64,000 nt of DNA from Mobula hypostoma (taxonomy: Eukaryota), in NCBI RefSeq assembly GCF_963921235.1, contig NC_086097.1, forward strand, positions 97,466,001 through 97,530,000, given 5' to 3'. A program made the position numbers and the translations under genes. Positions 49,701 to 62,610 of the stretch are shown piece after piece. The notes beneath the pieces are model-generated. The model saw nothing but the letters and a program-made list of their open reading frames with translations. It did no database searches and was not told where the DNA came from. Position 1 is the first letter of the stretch. Every line of letters starts with the position of its first letter.

Positions 49701-49954
49701 CTTCTACTACAGACGTTTGCTTGCTTCTACTACGAATGTTTTCCCCGGTGAAGAGTCTAAAATTCGGAAGTATTGTTTCAGGATAAGGGGTTAACCATTT
49801 AAGGCAGAAGTATTTGTTATCGAGTCATATGGTAATACAGTATGGAAACAGGCCCTTCAGCCCAACTCATCCAGGCAAACCAAGATGCCCACTTGCCTCT
49901 ATTGGACCCACTTCCTTCAAACCCATTCCTATCCATGTACATTCCATCCATAAA

Positions 49955-50835
49955 CTGGGGGGTATGGGGTGTTCTGGTGCTTGTCGTGCTCCGCCCAGGG
50001 GTAGCTCATCCATCTGTGGTCCCCACCTGCCATCAAGCTCTCGCCTGTGGCTCCATCTAACTTTTTGTATGCAACAGCGGCCACCGCCTGCTACACTGCT
50101 CTGACAGGTGGGTTAAACCAGGTGGGGATAGCGAGGAACCTCTAATCCCGGTGAGACAGTGATATGCCTACCCCAGCAAGCAAAGACAGTTCCGGCGGGC
50201 TGAGTGGATGAGATCAACTACAGGATCCAATGACCAAGAAGGCAGTGCTGCAATGCTTCATGGAGAGTGAAGGGCACGACAACACGCAGAAGCCGTCATG
50301 GCTATCCACTGGAGTCAAGAAAGTCTCCAATTGTGATGATTTTTCTTGCCATTGAACCAAGATTTTTGAGGCCGAGAGAGTGGAACTGCCCCAGTGCAAG
50401 GGCTTTTTTGCTATAAAACTCAAGCTTTTCTCTATGCAGCTCTTTACTCAATCAATTGCTATACAAAGAACTGTGGCAAGGAAGAAGAGACAGGTGGAGA
50501 CCTTGTAAGAAGTTCAAGGACTGTGTGAATGCCAACCTCGTGCATGCTGGCCTCACCTAAGCAGCTTGAGCAGAGTGCTCAGGACCCGACTAGATGGCGT
50601 GTTCTGGTAAGACTAGCCTCCAACAACTTCAAGAATAGCTGTCGTGCAGATCTGGTCGCTGCTCAAGAGAGGAGAAAAATAGCCACATCAGTTGCTCCAA
50701 CAGTGGCCGAACAGTTTACCTGCCCTCACCGTCAACATTCATGCCTTCCTAGAATCAGACTGCAGAGCCACCTCAGAACACACAGTTGATGAGCTGCACA
50801 GACAAATGTTATTGTCGGAAATGGCAGACAATCAA
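49955..50835 (+). mobile_element. Internally deleted RTE-like element (putative 5' UTR joined to 3' end)
   Basis: 3' part encodes GRPCKKFKDCV...FTCPH...RIRLQSHLRTH; the 5' part resembles RTE leader sequence. Confidence 0.55.
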
Positions 50836-51376
50836 CACCTGCGTAAATATCTTTTAAATCATGTATTTGTATCTTCAGGTGGCAGGGTGGAAACAGGTCT
50901 CTACCAAAGGAGGTAGAAGGAGCTCCTTCTCTCCATTAGCCTGCAGGTCACGTTTAGCACCTGCTTAACACCCTCCCTCCTCCCCATCCCGCAGATCACG
51001 GTCACGTGAACTCATGGCAGCAGGTGGTAGATGGTCGTATGCGCAGCTGGTGCATATCACAAGTCCTGGTTATGCAACTACTGACACTGGGCAGACAATC
51101 TCTGAAGAGTATTGATAATGGCCGGGGTTACCCATCTTGTAAAGACACTGCCCAGAAGGTGGTAATGGCAAAGCACTTTTGTAGAAAAAAATTGCCAAGA
51201 ACACTGATGATCATGGGACTAGATTGCCTACATCATACAATACAGCACATATTGCTGGTAGAGATGATTTGTACCCTGGGCAGGACTCATACTTTCAAAG
51301 TATTCATCAGACGACATGAGGAAATAAAAATCACAGTTTGTAGAGAATAAAATAAAGAATAGAGCAAAAAGATTTG

Positions 51377-51655
51377 TTGGCATGTGGCCAGGTGGTTAAG
51401 GCATCAGTCTAGTGATCTGAAGGCAGCGTGCTGTGTCCTTGAGCAAGGCACTTAACCACACATTGCTCTGCGACAACACCAGTGCCAAGCTGTATCGGCC
51501 TTAGTGCCCTTCCCTTGGACAACATCGGTGGCGTGGAGAGGGGAGATTTGCAGCATGGGCAACTGCCAGTCTTCCATACAACCTTGCCCAGGCCTGCGCC
51601 CTGGAAACCTTCCAAGGCGCAAATCCATGGTCTCACAAGACTAACAGATGCCTAT
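51377..51655 (+). mobile_element. tRNA-derived SINE with truncated head
   Basis: A-box-like TGGCCAGGTGGTTAAGG and TGTGTCCTTGAGCAAGGCACTTAACC motif. A related minus-strand stretch lies at ~29380-29480. Confidence 0.65.
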
Positions 51656-51711
51656 ATAGAGCAAAAAGATAATGGTAGAAACATACAAATCATAAATAAT
51701 TTTTAAAGCTA

Positions 51712-51864
51712 AAGACACCCTGAGCCAATAGGATTTATTTCCTGGCATAATTTACATATTACTATTTAACTATTTATGGTTTTATTACTATTTAATTATT
51801 TATGGTGCAACTGTAACGAAAACCAATTTCCCCCGGGATCAATAAAGTATGACTATGACTATGA
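51712..51864 (+). mobile_element. Short 3' end of the Rex1/Babar family seen at 34272-35368
   Basis: Near-identical to ~35203-35365 including the (ATGACT)n tail. Confidence 0.85.
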
Positions 51865-52809
51865 GATAAATGTTATTTCATATGCAATGTCCAAAGGATT
51901 GATAATCTACAAATTTTAAATGAACTTTTTGGATTGTTGAGGCTTTAAGCATTCAGCCATTAAAAACTCACCATATACAGAAAGCTTCACACATTCAAGT
52001 TCTTTACTGTGAAAGTAATTATTAAATATCCGAACTTATGTTGGATCACAGATTAGGTAAGAGGCCACTGCTTAGAATAAGGACTCACTAATGTAACCCA
52101 GGATCACGATTTGCCACTTTCTTTCTGAAATGGCCACTGAGGCAGAGTCATTGAATTCTTTCTCTCAGTCTTTTCTATTAGATTGTGATCTATGGAATTA
52201 TCTACCCCAGAGAGCTAAGGATGCTTTACTCAAGACTGAGATGAACGACAGGGGATCAGGCAAGAAAATGGAGCTGGCGGGGGGCTTTTGGGGTGGGTAT
52301 GGAGGAGGACATTAAGCAAACAAAGTTTGTTTATAAGAGTCCATTTAACAAGATTCTCCATGATCAGCAGCAAGTAGAATTTCTAACTAAAACTGCAGCA
52401 CATTCTTTTGAAAGGTGATTTCTTGAGGAAAATGCAGTGAATAGGGAATACTTACATACAAATTACATGTAAAATTATGTACGTAAAATTAACCAAATCA
52501 TTGATTGTGCAACCAATTTCATCCCAAGCAGTAATAATGTCACCGTAAGCACCTTTGGGAAATTGGGCAAATATTCAGTTTATTCAAACTGACTTTCAAC
52601 TCACAGAGTCACAACTAGGATAATTATATTGTTAAACCCAGACTTTTAGATATCAGTGAAAGTTTCATGCAAGATCTGCAATGATGTAATTTTTTAAGAA
52701 TCTCAAAAGTTGTTACTGTAAAATGTGCTTCATTTAAAATAGTTTAATTCAAATTATAATTTTGAATGTTCGAAGTTTTAGATGTGAAGAAAATAAAAAT
52801 ATCCCCATT

Positions 52810-53235
52810 CAACATGTCGGTCCATGGCTTCCTCTTGTGCTAAGAGGAGGCCACCCTCAGGGTGGAGGAGCAACACCTTGCATTCCATCTGAGTAGTCTC
52901 CAACCTGATGGCATGAATATCGATTTCTCCTTCAGTAAACAAATTCCAACCTCCCTCTATTCCCTACTCTGACTTTTCACCTGCCTATAACTTCCACCTG
53001 GGTCCCCTCCTCTTTCCCTTTCTCCTATTGTCCACTATCTTCTATCAGATTCTTTCTTCTGTAGCCCTCAATCTTTCCCACCCAACTGGCTTCACCTATC
53101 ACCTTCCCTCTCAGTCCTGAAGAAGGGTCTTGGTATGAAACATCAACTGTTTACTCTTTCCCATTGATGCTGCCTGACCTTCTGAGTTCATCCAGCTTTG
53201 CGTGTTGCTTTGGATTTCCAGCATCTGAAGTGTTT
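52810..53235 (+). mobile_element. Penelope-like 3' fragment
   Basis: EEQHLAFHLSSLQPDGMNI followed by a pLTR with a degenerate hammerhead at ~53112-53149. Confidence 0.8.
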
Positions 53236-53481
53236 GTGAGTCTCCATCACCTTGAGTGTAACTGACTCTCAATATTTTATAATCTTCTAGTTCTGTAACA
53301 TGCTAGTTCTTTTATGTAACCCACGTTTCACAGCCTAGCAACTGATCCAGATTGAAAGCACACACTCAGCAATAGGCATTAATTTGCATTTCTGAGATAG
53401 TTATAGTTCTACTGGGAAATTAAGGTAGAACCCCTTCTACCTGATGCTAACCTTATTCCCTTCATTCAGGAATGAGGAGAA

Positions 53482-54140
53482 GGGAGGAGAAGATGGCGGC
53501 GCGACGCAGCTCGCAGCGGCCACTCCGGTGGCGATATCTGTCACCTGTCAAGTAGGGTGCCGTGCACAATCCTGATTTGATGGAGACAGATGTGAGAGCA
53601 CGGAGGAACATCTGGTGAAACTTCTGAAATGCCCGCTTTGCTGCTGCTGCTACTGTGTGATCCAGAATCTCCGGAGAAGGCCCCGAGTCCTCGGCTTTGC
53701 TTGTTGCTCGGCGCAGGGCGGTGTCGAAGCGCTCGGCAGAGGATGGTGCTCGGTGCTCGGTATTGGAGGGCTGGTTGGATGCTTGAAGTTTTCGGATGGA
53801 CTCAGAGTCCGCTGCAGTCGGGTGCTTCCAATACATCGGCAAGTTTGTGGCGCTTGGAGGTTCATGGCAGGGAGAGTTTCTCCCTTCTACCATCTGCGTG
53901 AGATGATAGGGCTATCAGGACTTGAGACTTTTTTTTTACCGTGCCCATGGTCTGCTCTTTATCAAATTACAGTATTGCTTTGCACTGTTGTAACCATATG
54001 TTATAATTATGTGGTTTTGTCAGTGTTAGTCTTGGCTTGTCCTGTGTTTCTGTGATATCTTTCTGAAGGAACATTGTATCATTTTTTAATGCATTCATTT
54101 CTAAATGACAATAAACGAGGACTGAGTGTTCTCATAATCT
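53482..54140 (+). mobile_element. Non-coding retroposon, homolog of 10170-10798
   Basis: Same head and CTCATAATCT end. Confidence 0.75.
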
Positions 54141-54214
54141 AAAAAAAATTACAGCTCGGCTCTGCAATGTGATACTTCAATATCCAGCATGGCATGAATG
54201 GAAAATTCCCTGAA

Positions 54215-54800
54215 ATTCCTGTACCTTCCTGATGGCAACAGCAAGAAGACAGCATGTCCTGGGTTGTGGGAGTCCGTGATGATGGATGCTGCTTTCCTAC
54301 AACAGTATTTTGTGTAGATGTGCTCAATGGTGGGGAGGGCATTACCTGTGATGGACTGGGCCGTATCCAATACATTTTGTAGGATTTTCCATTGCAAGAG
54401 CGTTAGTGTTTCATACCAGGCTATGATGCAGCTAGTCAACATAGTCTGCAGCACACATCTACAGAAGTCTGTCAAAATTTTAGATATCATGCCAAATCTT
54501 CACAAACTCCTAAGGAAGTAGAGCTGCTGATGTAAATATGTTAATACATCTTCCTTGTGATTACATCTCTGTGCTGGGCCCAGGGCAGGTCTTCTAATAT
54601 GTTAACAGCTAGGAATCTAATGCAGCTAACTCTCTGCATGGCCAAATTCCCAATGTAAACGGATGCACGTTTGCCCTCCTTCCCCTTCATGAACTCAACT
54701 ATTAGCCCTTTAGTTTTACTGATACTGAGCAAGGTATTGTTGTTATGAAATACTTCACCAGGTGTCCAATCTCACTCCTGTACACGGACTCATCACCACA
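54215..54800 (-). mobile_element. Rex1/Babar-like LINE fragment
   Basis: LSISKTKGLIVEF, CIIAWY and LLPSGRY motifs. Confidence 0.75.
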
Positions 54801-54826
54801 TTGGTGCCATGAGTGAATCTGCATAT

Positions 54827-56815
54827 ATAAGACCATAAGGCATAGGAGCAGAATTAGGCCATTCAGCCTATCGGGTCAGTTCTACTATTTCATCAAGTCT
54901 GATCCATTTCCCTCTCAACCCCATTCTCCTGCCTTCTCCCTATAACATTTCACAATTTATCAAACAAGAACCTATAAACCTCTGCCTTAAATACACCTAA
55001 TAGCCTGGTCTCCACAGCCGCCTGGGGCAATGAATTCCACCGATTCATCACCCTCTAGCTGAAGAAATTCCTCATCATCTCCTTTCTAAATGAAAGTCCC
55101 CCTACTCTGAGGCTATGCCCTTTTGTCCTAGACTCTCCCATCATGGGAAACATCCTCTCCATATCCACTCTATCTAGGCCTTTCATCATTCAATAGATTT
55201 CAATGAGATCCCCCCCCCCCATTCTTCTAAATTCCAGTAAGTAAAGACCCAGAGCCATCAATCGCTCCTCATAAGATAAGCCTTTCATTCTCAGAATCAT
55301 TGTCATGAACCTCCTCGGAACCCTTCCAATGACAGTGTATCCTTTCTCAGATTAGGGGCCCAAAACGCTCATAATACTCCAAGTAATGCCTCACCAGTGT
55401 CTTATAAAGCCTCCACATTACATCCTTGTTTTTATATTCTAATCTTCTCAAAATGAAGGCTAACATTGCATTTTCCTTCATCACCTTCAAATTAACCCAC
55501 AGAGAATCCTGCATAAGTATTCTCATGACTCTTTTCCCCTTGAATTTTTGAATATTTTTCCCGTTTAGAAAATAGGCTACACTTTTATTCCCTCCGCCAA
55601 AGTGCATGACCATACACTTCCTGACACTGTATTCCATCTGCCACTTCTTTGCCCATTCTCCTAATCTGTCTAAGACCTTCTGCAGCCTCCCTGCTTCCTC
55701 AACACTACCTGCCCCTCCGCCTATCTTCATATTGTCTTCAAATTTGGCCATAAATTCATCAATTCCATTATCCAAATCATTGACATACAATGTAAAAAGA
55801 CAGTCCCAACGTAGAAAGGAACACCACTAGTCACCGGCAGCTAACCAGAAAAGGATCCCTTTATTCCCACAAACAGCCAATGCTCTGTCCATGCTGGTAT
55901 CATTCCTATAGTACCATGGGCTCTTACCTTGTTTAGCAGTCTAATATATGGTACCCTGTCAAAGTCCTTCTGAAAATACAAGTACACAACATCCACTGAT
56001 TCTCCTTTGTTTATCCTGCTTGTTGTTTCCTCAAAGAATTCCAGCAGATTTGCCGGGTAAGATTTTTCTTTAAGGAAACCATGCTAATTTTGGCCTACTT
56101 TATCATGTGTCTCCAATTACCCTGAAACCACATCCTTAACAAATTGATTCTAACATCCTCCCAACCACTGAGTTCACACTAACTGGCCTATAATTTCCTT
56201 TCTTCTGCCTCCGAACCTTTTTGAAGAGTGGAGCGACATTTGTAATTTTCCAGTCCAACAGAACCATTCCAGAATCCAGTAATTCTTAAAAGATCATTAA
56301 TAATGTCTCCGCAATCTCTTCAGCCACCTCTTTTGGAACCCTGGGGTGGAGCCCATCTGGTGCAGGTGACTTTAGAGCTGTTAGTTTCCCAAGCACTCAC
56401 TCTCTAGTAATAGCTACTGCACTTACTTCTGCCCCTGACATCCTTTTTTTTATATAATTTTTATTGAGTTTTCAAAAAGAATACATGAAAAGACAAAAAT
56501 CTACCCTCCCCCCTCCCCTTAACCCTCCCCCCCCCCATATAGTCCTACCTAAAAAGAAAGAAGAGAAAAAAAAGAACCGCCTGGGTATTGGAAGGTTTCC
56601 ACATGCTCCATGGGATTCAAAATAAATTTGGTATAATTATTCGTTACTTTCCCCAAGGGACCAAGATCTTTATCGGAGCACTTAAATATGCCATCCTATC
56701 TTTTGTAAATAAGGGCGCCAAATATTCAAAAATGTTACATATTCTGCCCCTGACATCCTTGAACTCCCGGCATAATGCTAGTGTTTTCCACAGCGAAAAC
56801 TAATGCAAAATATTT
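54827..56815 (-). mobile_element. Older CR1 LINE, degenerate
   Basis: YVNDLD...KFEDNMK and LYKTLVRHYLEY motifs; CR1 3' end near 54827. Confidence 0.85.
56446..56741 (-). mobile_element. Short L1-clade 3' end insertion
   Basis: 19-bp TSD TTCTGCCCCTGACATCCTT (56427-56445, 56742-56760); minus strand ends AATAAA plus poly(A); FLNIWRPYL ORF2-like C-terminus. Confidence 0.8.
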
Positions 56816-56820
56816 ATTCA

Positions 56821-57570
56821 CAATGTTCCTTCTAAAGTGTGTGTACATGCACAACTTTTGCTACTAGCACACAAAGGAATTTAAACTGCACACAAAAGGT
56901 TGTCCCCCTCTACCTTGTTGGCATGTTAGGTATATTTCACAATCATACATAATCACATTTCCTTTTCCAGTTTACCACTTCGACAGTGTTGCCAACATGG
57001 AGCTTGCGAAGCTTTGTCCACAAATTTTAGAAATGGCTTATTTATACTGATTTTATTGAAGAAATTATTGATTCGCTATGTCGAATTTCAAAGAAGCAAA
57101 GGGCGTAAAGTGCAAAAGAACTGCTAGTTCATTTAAAGCGGAATGACTTAATGAAACAGTAGAAACTGCTACACCGAAAGCTCATAAAGTCAGGAATGAG
57201 CAGCTACAAGAAATGTTTATGTACATTACAGAAACTGGTGTTACCTGCTTGTATTGTCATGATGCAAAAGTTGCTGGAGAATTTGCAAGTGAGGAGAGGA
57301 GGACTGACATTTGGAAACTTTAAAGCGTCATTTAGCAAGCAAATCATATCTGGCAAAAGCTCCGGTGAAAAATATTTTCATTACCCACTACAGACCTGCT
57401 ATGTATGTTTTGAGAGAGTGCAGGTGAATGACAGCGAAAATGATCAAACCCAGTGGAGATCAAAGTTCTTATTAATAGTATTTTGCAAGCTATTAAAATG
57501 AATACCTCTATATACAAAATTCAGTGCGCACATATTGTTGTCACTGGGCAAAAAATTGCACAGCACAATA
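56821..57570 (+). mobile_element. hAT-derived element with transposase N-terminal remnant
   Basis: Starts CAATGTTCCTTCTAA, like the TIR at 43211; broken CLYCHDAK...KRHLASKS zinc-finger-like frame. Confidence 0.5.
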
Positions 57571-59500
57571 AAGCATGCAGCCTTGAGGTCATAGTAACAG
57601 CATCTTACCAATCTTCTCTGAATGAAATTTGCTGATGAGAAAGTGAAGTATTTAGTTAGAGAGGGAGGTACAGAGGCCCAGGTCTTGAAGCTCAATGATG
57701 AACAGCAGCTTGACATATGTGTTCCTGGTGTTAAACTGTTTTAGCAGTAGACTAATTGAAGCAGATCCAAGTAATTTGAAGCAGGAAGTGATTCATACCA
57801 CAACCAACCACTTGAAGCATTTCATTATAGTTGATGTAAACATTGAAACAGGTGGCCACACTCTTTCAGAGCACCAGTACAAAAGACAATGGGAACCTCA
57901 GACTACAGAAACAAGAGGTTGAATATTTCCAGTTGGCCCACACAGGTGTTTAGTATTTGGCCAGGTATGGCTCAAAATTTAATCGCCTCCATTTTCTTGC
58001 AGTGTTTGGAGAATGAAAAATCATCAGAAGATGACAGTTTTGCTTATTCTGTTTTGAATTCTCTTTGGTGAATTAATCAATGATTGTCATAGTGATAGAA
58101 TTATATGGCATCGAAACAGGTCCTTCAGCCCAACTCAACCATGCCAACCAAGGAGTCTCCCTGCACCAGACCCATTATACTGCATCAGGTCCCCTTTAAA
58201 TCTTTCCCCTCTCACCTTAAACCTATGCCCTCTAATTTTAGGCTTTCGCACTCTGGGAGAAAGACTGTGACCATCTAGTTCATTATGATTTTGGAAACGG
58301 TATTGCATCTTATTCCACCACCTCTTTTGGTAGTGAGTTCCACATATCAACCAGCATCTGTTTTCAAAAAGAAAATTTATCCTTTTGATCCCTTTCTGAA
58401 TTAGGTTAAAAGGGGGCCTGTCTTTTTCAGCCATGCTATTACTTTAAAGTAAACCAAGAGGTATAGATTAGATAGACAGTCAGAACTTTCTCCCCTGTGA
58501 TTGGGATATAAAAAAAACAGAGGATGCAGGTTTATGGTGGGAGCAACTTGATGATGCATTTGGATGTGATGGGATGATCAGCTTTCAACACAATCTTCCC
58601 AACCAAATTCATATTCAAATTCCTCCCACCTTAAACCTAAACTTGGTTTTGATATCCTAACTGTGGGGAGAAAAACTCTGACTAACCAATCTACACCTCT
58701 CGCTTTAATCTGGTACTCATATTTGGTAACATGGCTGAAAAAGCCAGGCTTCCCTTCTACGTAATAAATATACTAAGTAATGGACGTGACTTAATCATAC
58801 TACATCAACCTAGCATATTGTCTCTTTGTAAATAAAATTACAGTGAAGTAAGCAATCAAAAAAGGCAGAATTTTGTATTCCCTCAATGCAAAGTTCTGCT
58901 TGTGTTCACACGGACATCTACATGGTTAAAGTGAGAGGTAAGCATTGCTGTGGATTAATCAATGGTCTCTACTCAATGTGCATGAGATTCAAATCGAGCC
59001 CCTAAACTGCAGGGAATAAGAGTAAACTCAGGATTTCAGATACAAGGACCAAAATATGGAAACAGCTAGGCCTAAAGGTAATTGATCTTAATTAGCCTCC
59101 AAATTGGTCTTCTGACTCATGCTGATGTCATGTGAAACTGTACCTTTAACTTCTACATCTTTAAAATGTTATGATAAAATGCATCCTTTGTGGCACTCAA
59201 TAGCCACAAGTCATTTTGCTTCATTTGCCAAGTCAGTGCTTTGACTAGGCCAGGCATTCAAAAGCTTTAGGCTCCAACACAAATAAGGAATTATTTCAAT
59301 CAGATGGCAAATCTGAATGACATCTCAATGTGCCCCAACACTTCTGTATCAAAGAGGAGAATGCCGTATAGGTGAACTTCCTTCTACTCCCTCCATCTTC
59401 TTATTCTGACTTCTTCCCACTTCCTTTCCAATCCTGATGAATGGCCTTGGCCCAAAACATTGACTGTTAATTCATAGTTGCCAGCTGCCCATGCCTGACA

Positions 59501-61273
59501 AGTTCCCTGGTCCTGATCATTTTATTTTCACTATGGATGCCCAGTCCCTATACAGCTCCATCCCCCACCAGGGAGGCCTCAAAGCCCTCTGTTTCTTTCT
59601 AGACATCAGATCCAACCAGTTCCCCTCCATCACCACTCTCCTGTCTGGTGAAACTTGTCCTCACTTTTAATTTCTCCTTCGGCTCCTCTTCAAACAAAAT
59701 GTGTAGCCATGGGCAGTCGCGTGGGTCCCAGCTCTGCCAGCCCTTTTGTCAGCTATGTGGAACAGTCTATGTTCCAAGCCTACACAGGTATCACTCCCCA
59801 ACTTTTCCCACACTGCATCAACAACTGCATTGGTGTTGCTTCCTGTACCCTTGTGGAGCTCGTCGACTTCATCAACTTTGTCTTCAGCTTCCACCCTGCC
59901 CTCAAATTCACCTGGTCCATTTCCAACACCTCCCTCCCCTATCTCGATCTGTCTGTCTCTAGCTCTGTAGACAGCTTATCTACTGAAGTCTATTATAAAC
60001 CCACGGACTCTCAGAGATACCTGGACTATACCTCTTCCCACTCTGTTACTTGTACAAATGCCATCCCCTTCCTTCAATTCCTCCGTCTCCACCGCATCCA
60101 CTCTTAGGATGAAGCTTTTCTTTCCAGAACAAAGGAGATGTCCTCTTTCTTCAAAGAAAGGGGCTTCCCTTCCTCCACCATCAACGCTGCCCTCAACTGC
60201 ATCTCTTCCATTTCGCTGCCCTCACCTCTATCCTCCCCAACCCCACCAGAGATAGGGTTCCTCTTGTCCTCACCTATCACCCCACCTGCCTCCGCATTCA
60301 GCGCATAATTATCCATAACTTCCGCCATCTCCAGCGGGATCCCACCACCAAGGACATCTTTCCATCCCCACCCGCTTTCTGCTTTCCACAGGGATTGCTC
60401 CCTATGTGACTCCCTTCCCATTCATCCCTTCCCACTGATCCCACTCCTGGAACTTATCCTTGCAAGCAAAACAAGTGCTACACCTGCCCCTATACCTCCT
60501 CCCTCACTACCATTTAGGGAGCCAAAGAGTCCTTCCAGGTGAGGCAACACTTCATCTATGAGTCTGTTGGGGTTATCTACTGTATCTGGTGCTCCCGGCA
60601 TGGCCTCCTGTACATTGTTGAGACCCAATGGAGATTGAGAGACCGCTTCAGCGAGCACCTACGCTCCATCCACCAGAAAAAGCGGGATCTCCCAGTGGCC
60701 ACCCATTTTAATTCCACTTCCCATTCCCATTAAAATATGTCATCCAAGGCCTCCTCTACTGTCATGATGAGGCCACACTCAGGATGGAGAAGCAACACCT
60801 TATATTCTGTCTGGGTAGCTTCCAACCTGATGGCATGAACATCAATTTCTTGAACTTCCAGTAATTTCCCCTCCCCTCCTTCACCATTCTCTTTTCCCTC
60901 TCTCACCTTATCTCCTTACCTGCCTATCACTTTCCTCTGATGCTCCTCCTCCTTTTCTTTCTTCCATGGTCTTCTGTCCTTTCCTATCAGATTCCCCCTT
61001 CTCCAGACCTTTATCTCTTTCACCAATCAACTTCCCAGCTCTTTATTTCACTCCTCTCCCCCTCCCGGTTTCACCTATCACCATGTGGCTCTTTCTCTCC
61101 TCCCCGAGCTTTCTTACTCTGACTCCTCATCTTTTTTCCAGTCCTGATGAAGGGTTTCAGCCCTAAACGTCGACTGTACTCTTTTCCATAGATGCCACCT
61201 GGCCTGCTGAGTTCTTCCAGCATTTTGTGTGTATTGCTTGGATTTTAAGTATCTGCAGATCTTCTCTTGTTTG
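59501..61273 (+). mobile_element. Penelope-like element
   Basis: MDAQSLYSSIP, VAMGS and LLYIVET motifs; 9-bp TSD TGCCTGACA (59492-59500, 61274-61282); mutated hammerhead at ~61139-61176. Confidence 0.9.
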
Positions 61274-61282
61274 TGCCTGACA

Positions 61283-62610
61283 TCTATCTCCTTTTCCTGA
61301 CCAGCCCCTCAATATCTCTTCTCAACCAAGCTTCCCTAATCTTGCCAGCCTTGCCCTTCACTCTAACAGGAACATATTGGCCCCGAACTCTTGCTATCTC
61401 ACTCTTAAAAACCTCCCAACTGCATGGCGTATGATTACCTGCAAACAGCTTCTCCCAATCAATTGTTGAGTTCCCAACTGATGGCATCGAAATTAGCCTT
61501 CCCCAAATTTAGGACTGACTTCTGGACCAGTCCTAAACTGTTTCCATGATTGTCTTGAAACTAACAAAATTATGATCGCTGCTCACAAAATGCTCCCCCA
61601 CTAACAAACAACCATTGGCCCAGCATAATTTCCTAAGAGGTGTAACCCCTTCTCTCGTACAGCCATCAACATATTGTTCAGAAAATTTTCCTGAGTACAC
61701 TTAACAAATTGTGTTCCATCTAATCCCTTAGTATTAAAGCAATCCCAGTCAATATAAGGGAAGTTAAAATCTCCTACCAATATAATCCTATTATCACTAC
61801 ACCTATCTGTGATATCCCTCCATATACTGTATGCTCCTTTAATTCCCACTGCCTACTGGGAGGCCTATGGTACAATATCTGTTTGTTTTATTTCTAAGTG
61901 ATCCACTTGGTTTATTTCTAAGTTTTACCTATATTCACCTTGCTAGACTTTACCCTGAGATATTGCTTGAAGTACTGTTGTGATGTTCTCCCCAGTCAAT
62001 GGCCCAAACCCCTCTCTCTTACCTTCACCTCTGTCATGCTGGAAACATCAGTACCCCAGAACACTGAGCTGCCAGTCCTGCCCATCACTCAATTGCTTTT
62101 CTGTAATTGTTCTAATATCACAATCCCATGTGCCAATCCTTCCTTTGGTCATCTGCCTTTACTGTGAGGCTTCTTGCATTAATGTATATATAGTTTTGTC
62201 CAATAGAACTGTTCTCCCTTGCCTATTGGCCTTTCTTTGTTTCATCTTTCTCATTTTATATAACATTATTTTGGGTTCAAGCCCCTGTACCAGACTAGCA
62301 TAAACTGTCCTGAGTAACATGAGCAAAACTCTCTAAGAATATTGGTCCCCCTCCGGTTCAGGTGCAACGGTCCCTCTTGTACAGATCACTTCTTCCCTAG
62401 AGGAAATCCTAATGGTCCAAGTAGCTGTAAGCCTCCCACCTGCACCAGCTCTGCAGCCATACATTTATTTGACTTATCCATCTATTGTGCACAGCTCAGG
62501 AAGTAATCCTGAGATTACAACCCAAGGGATCCTGTTCTCCAACTCCTTATATTCAGTTCACAGAACTCATCTCTCTTCCTCTGATGTTGTTGGTACCAAT
62601 ATGATGCATA
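61283..62610 (-). mobile_element. Old CR1 5' region (APE endonuclease remnant)
   Basis: IILVGDFNFPYIDWD...FVKCTQENFL and WEVFKSEI motifs. Confidence 0.7.

Noticed and set aside
51377..51420. tRNA gene
   Set aside because: Only an A-box-like segment is present, with no B-box or cloverleaf, and it is followed by SINE body.
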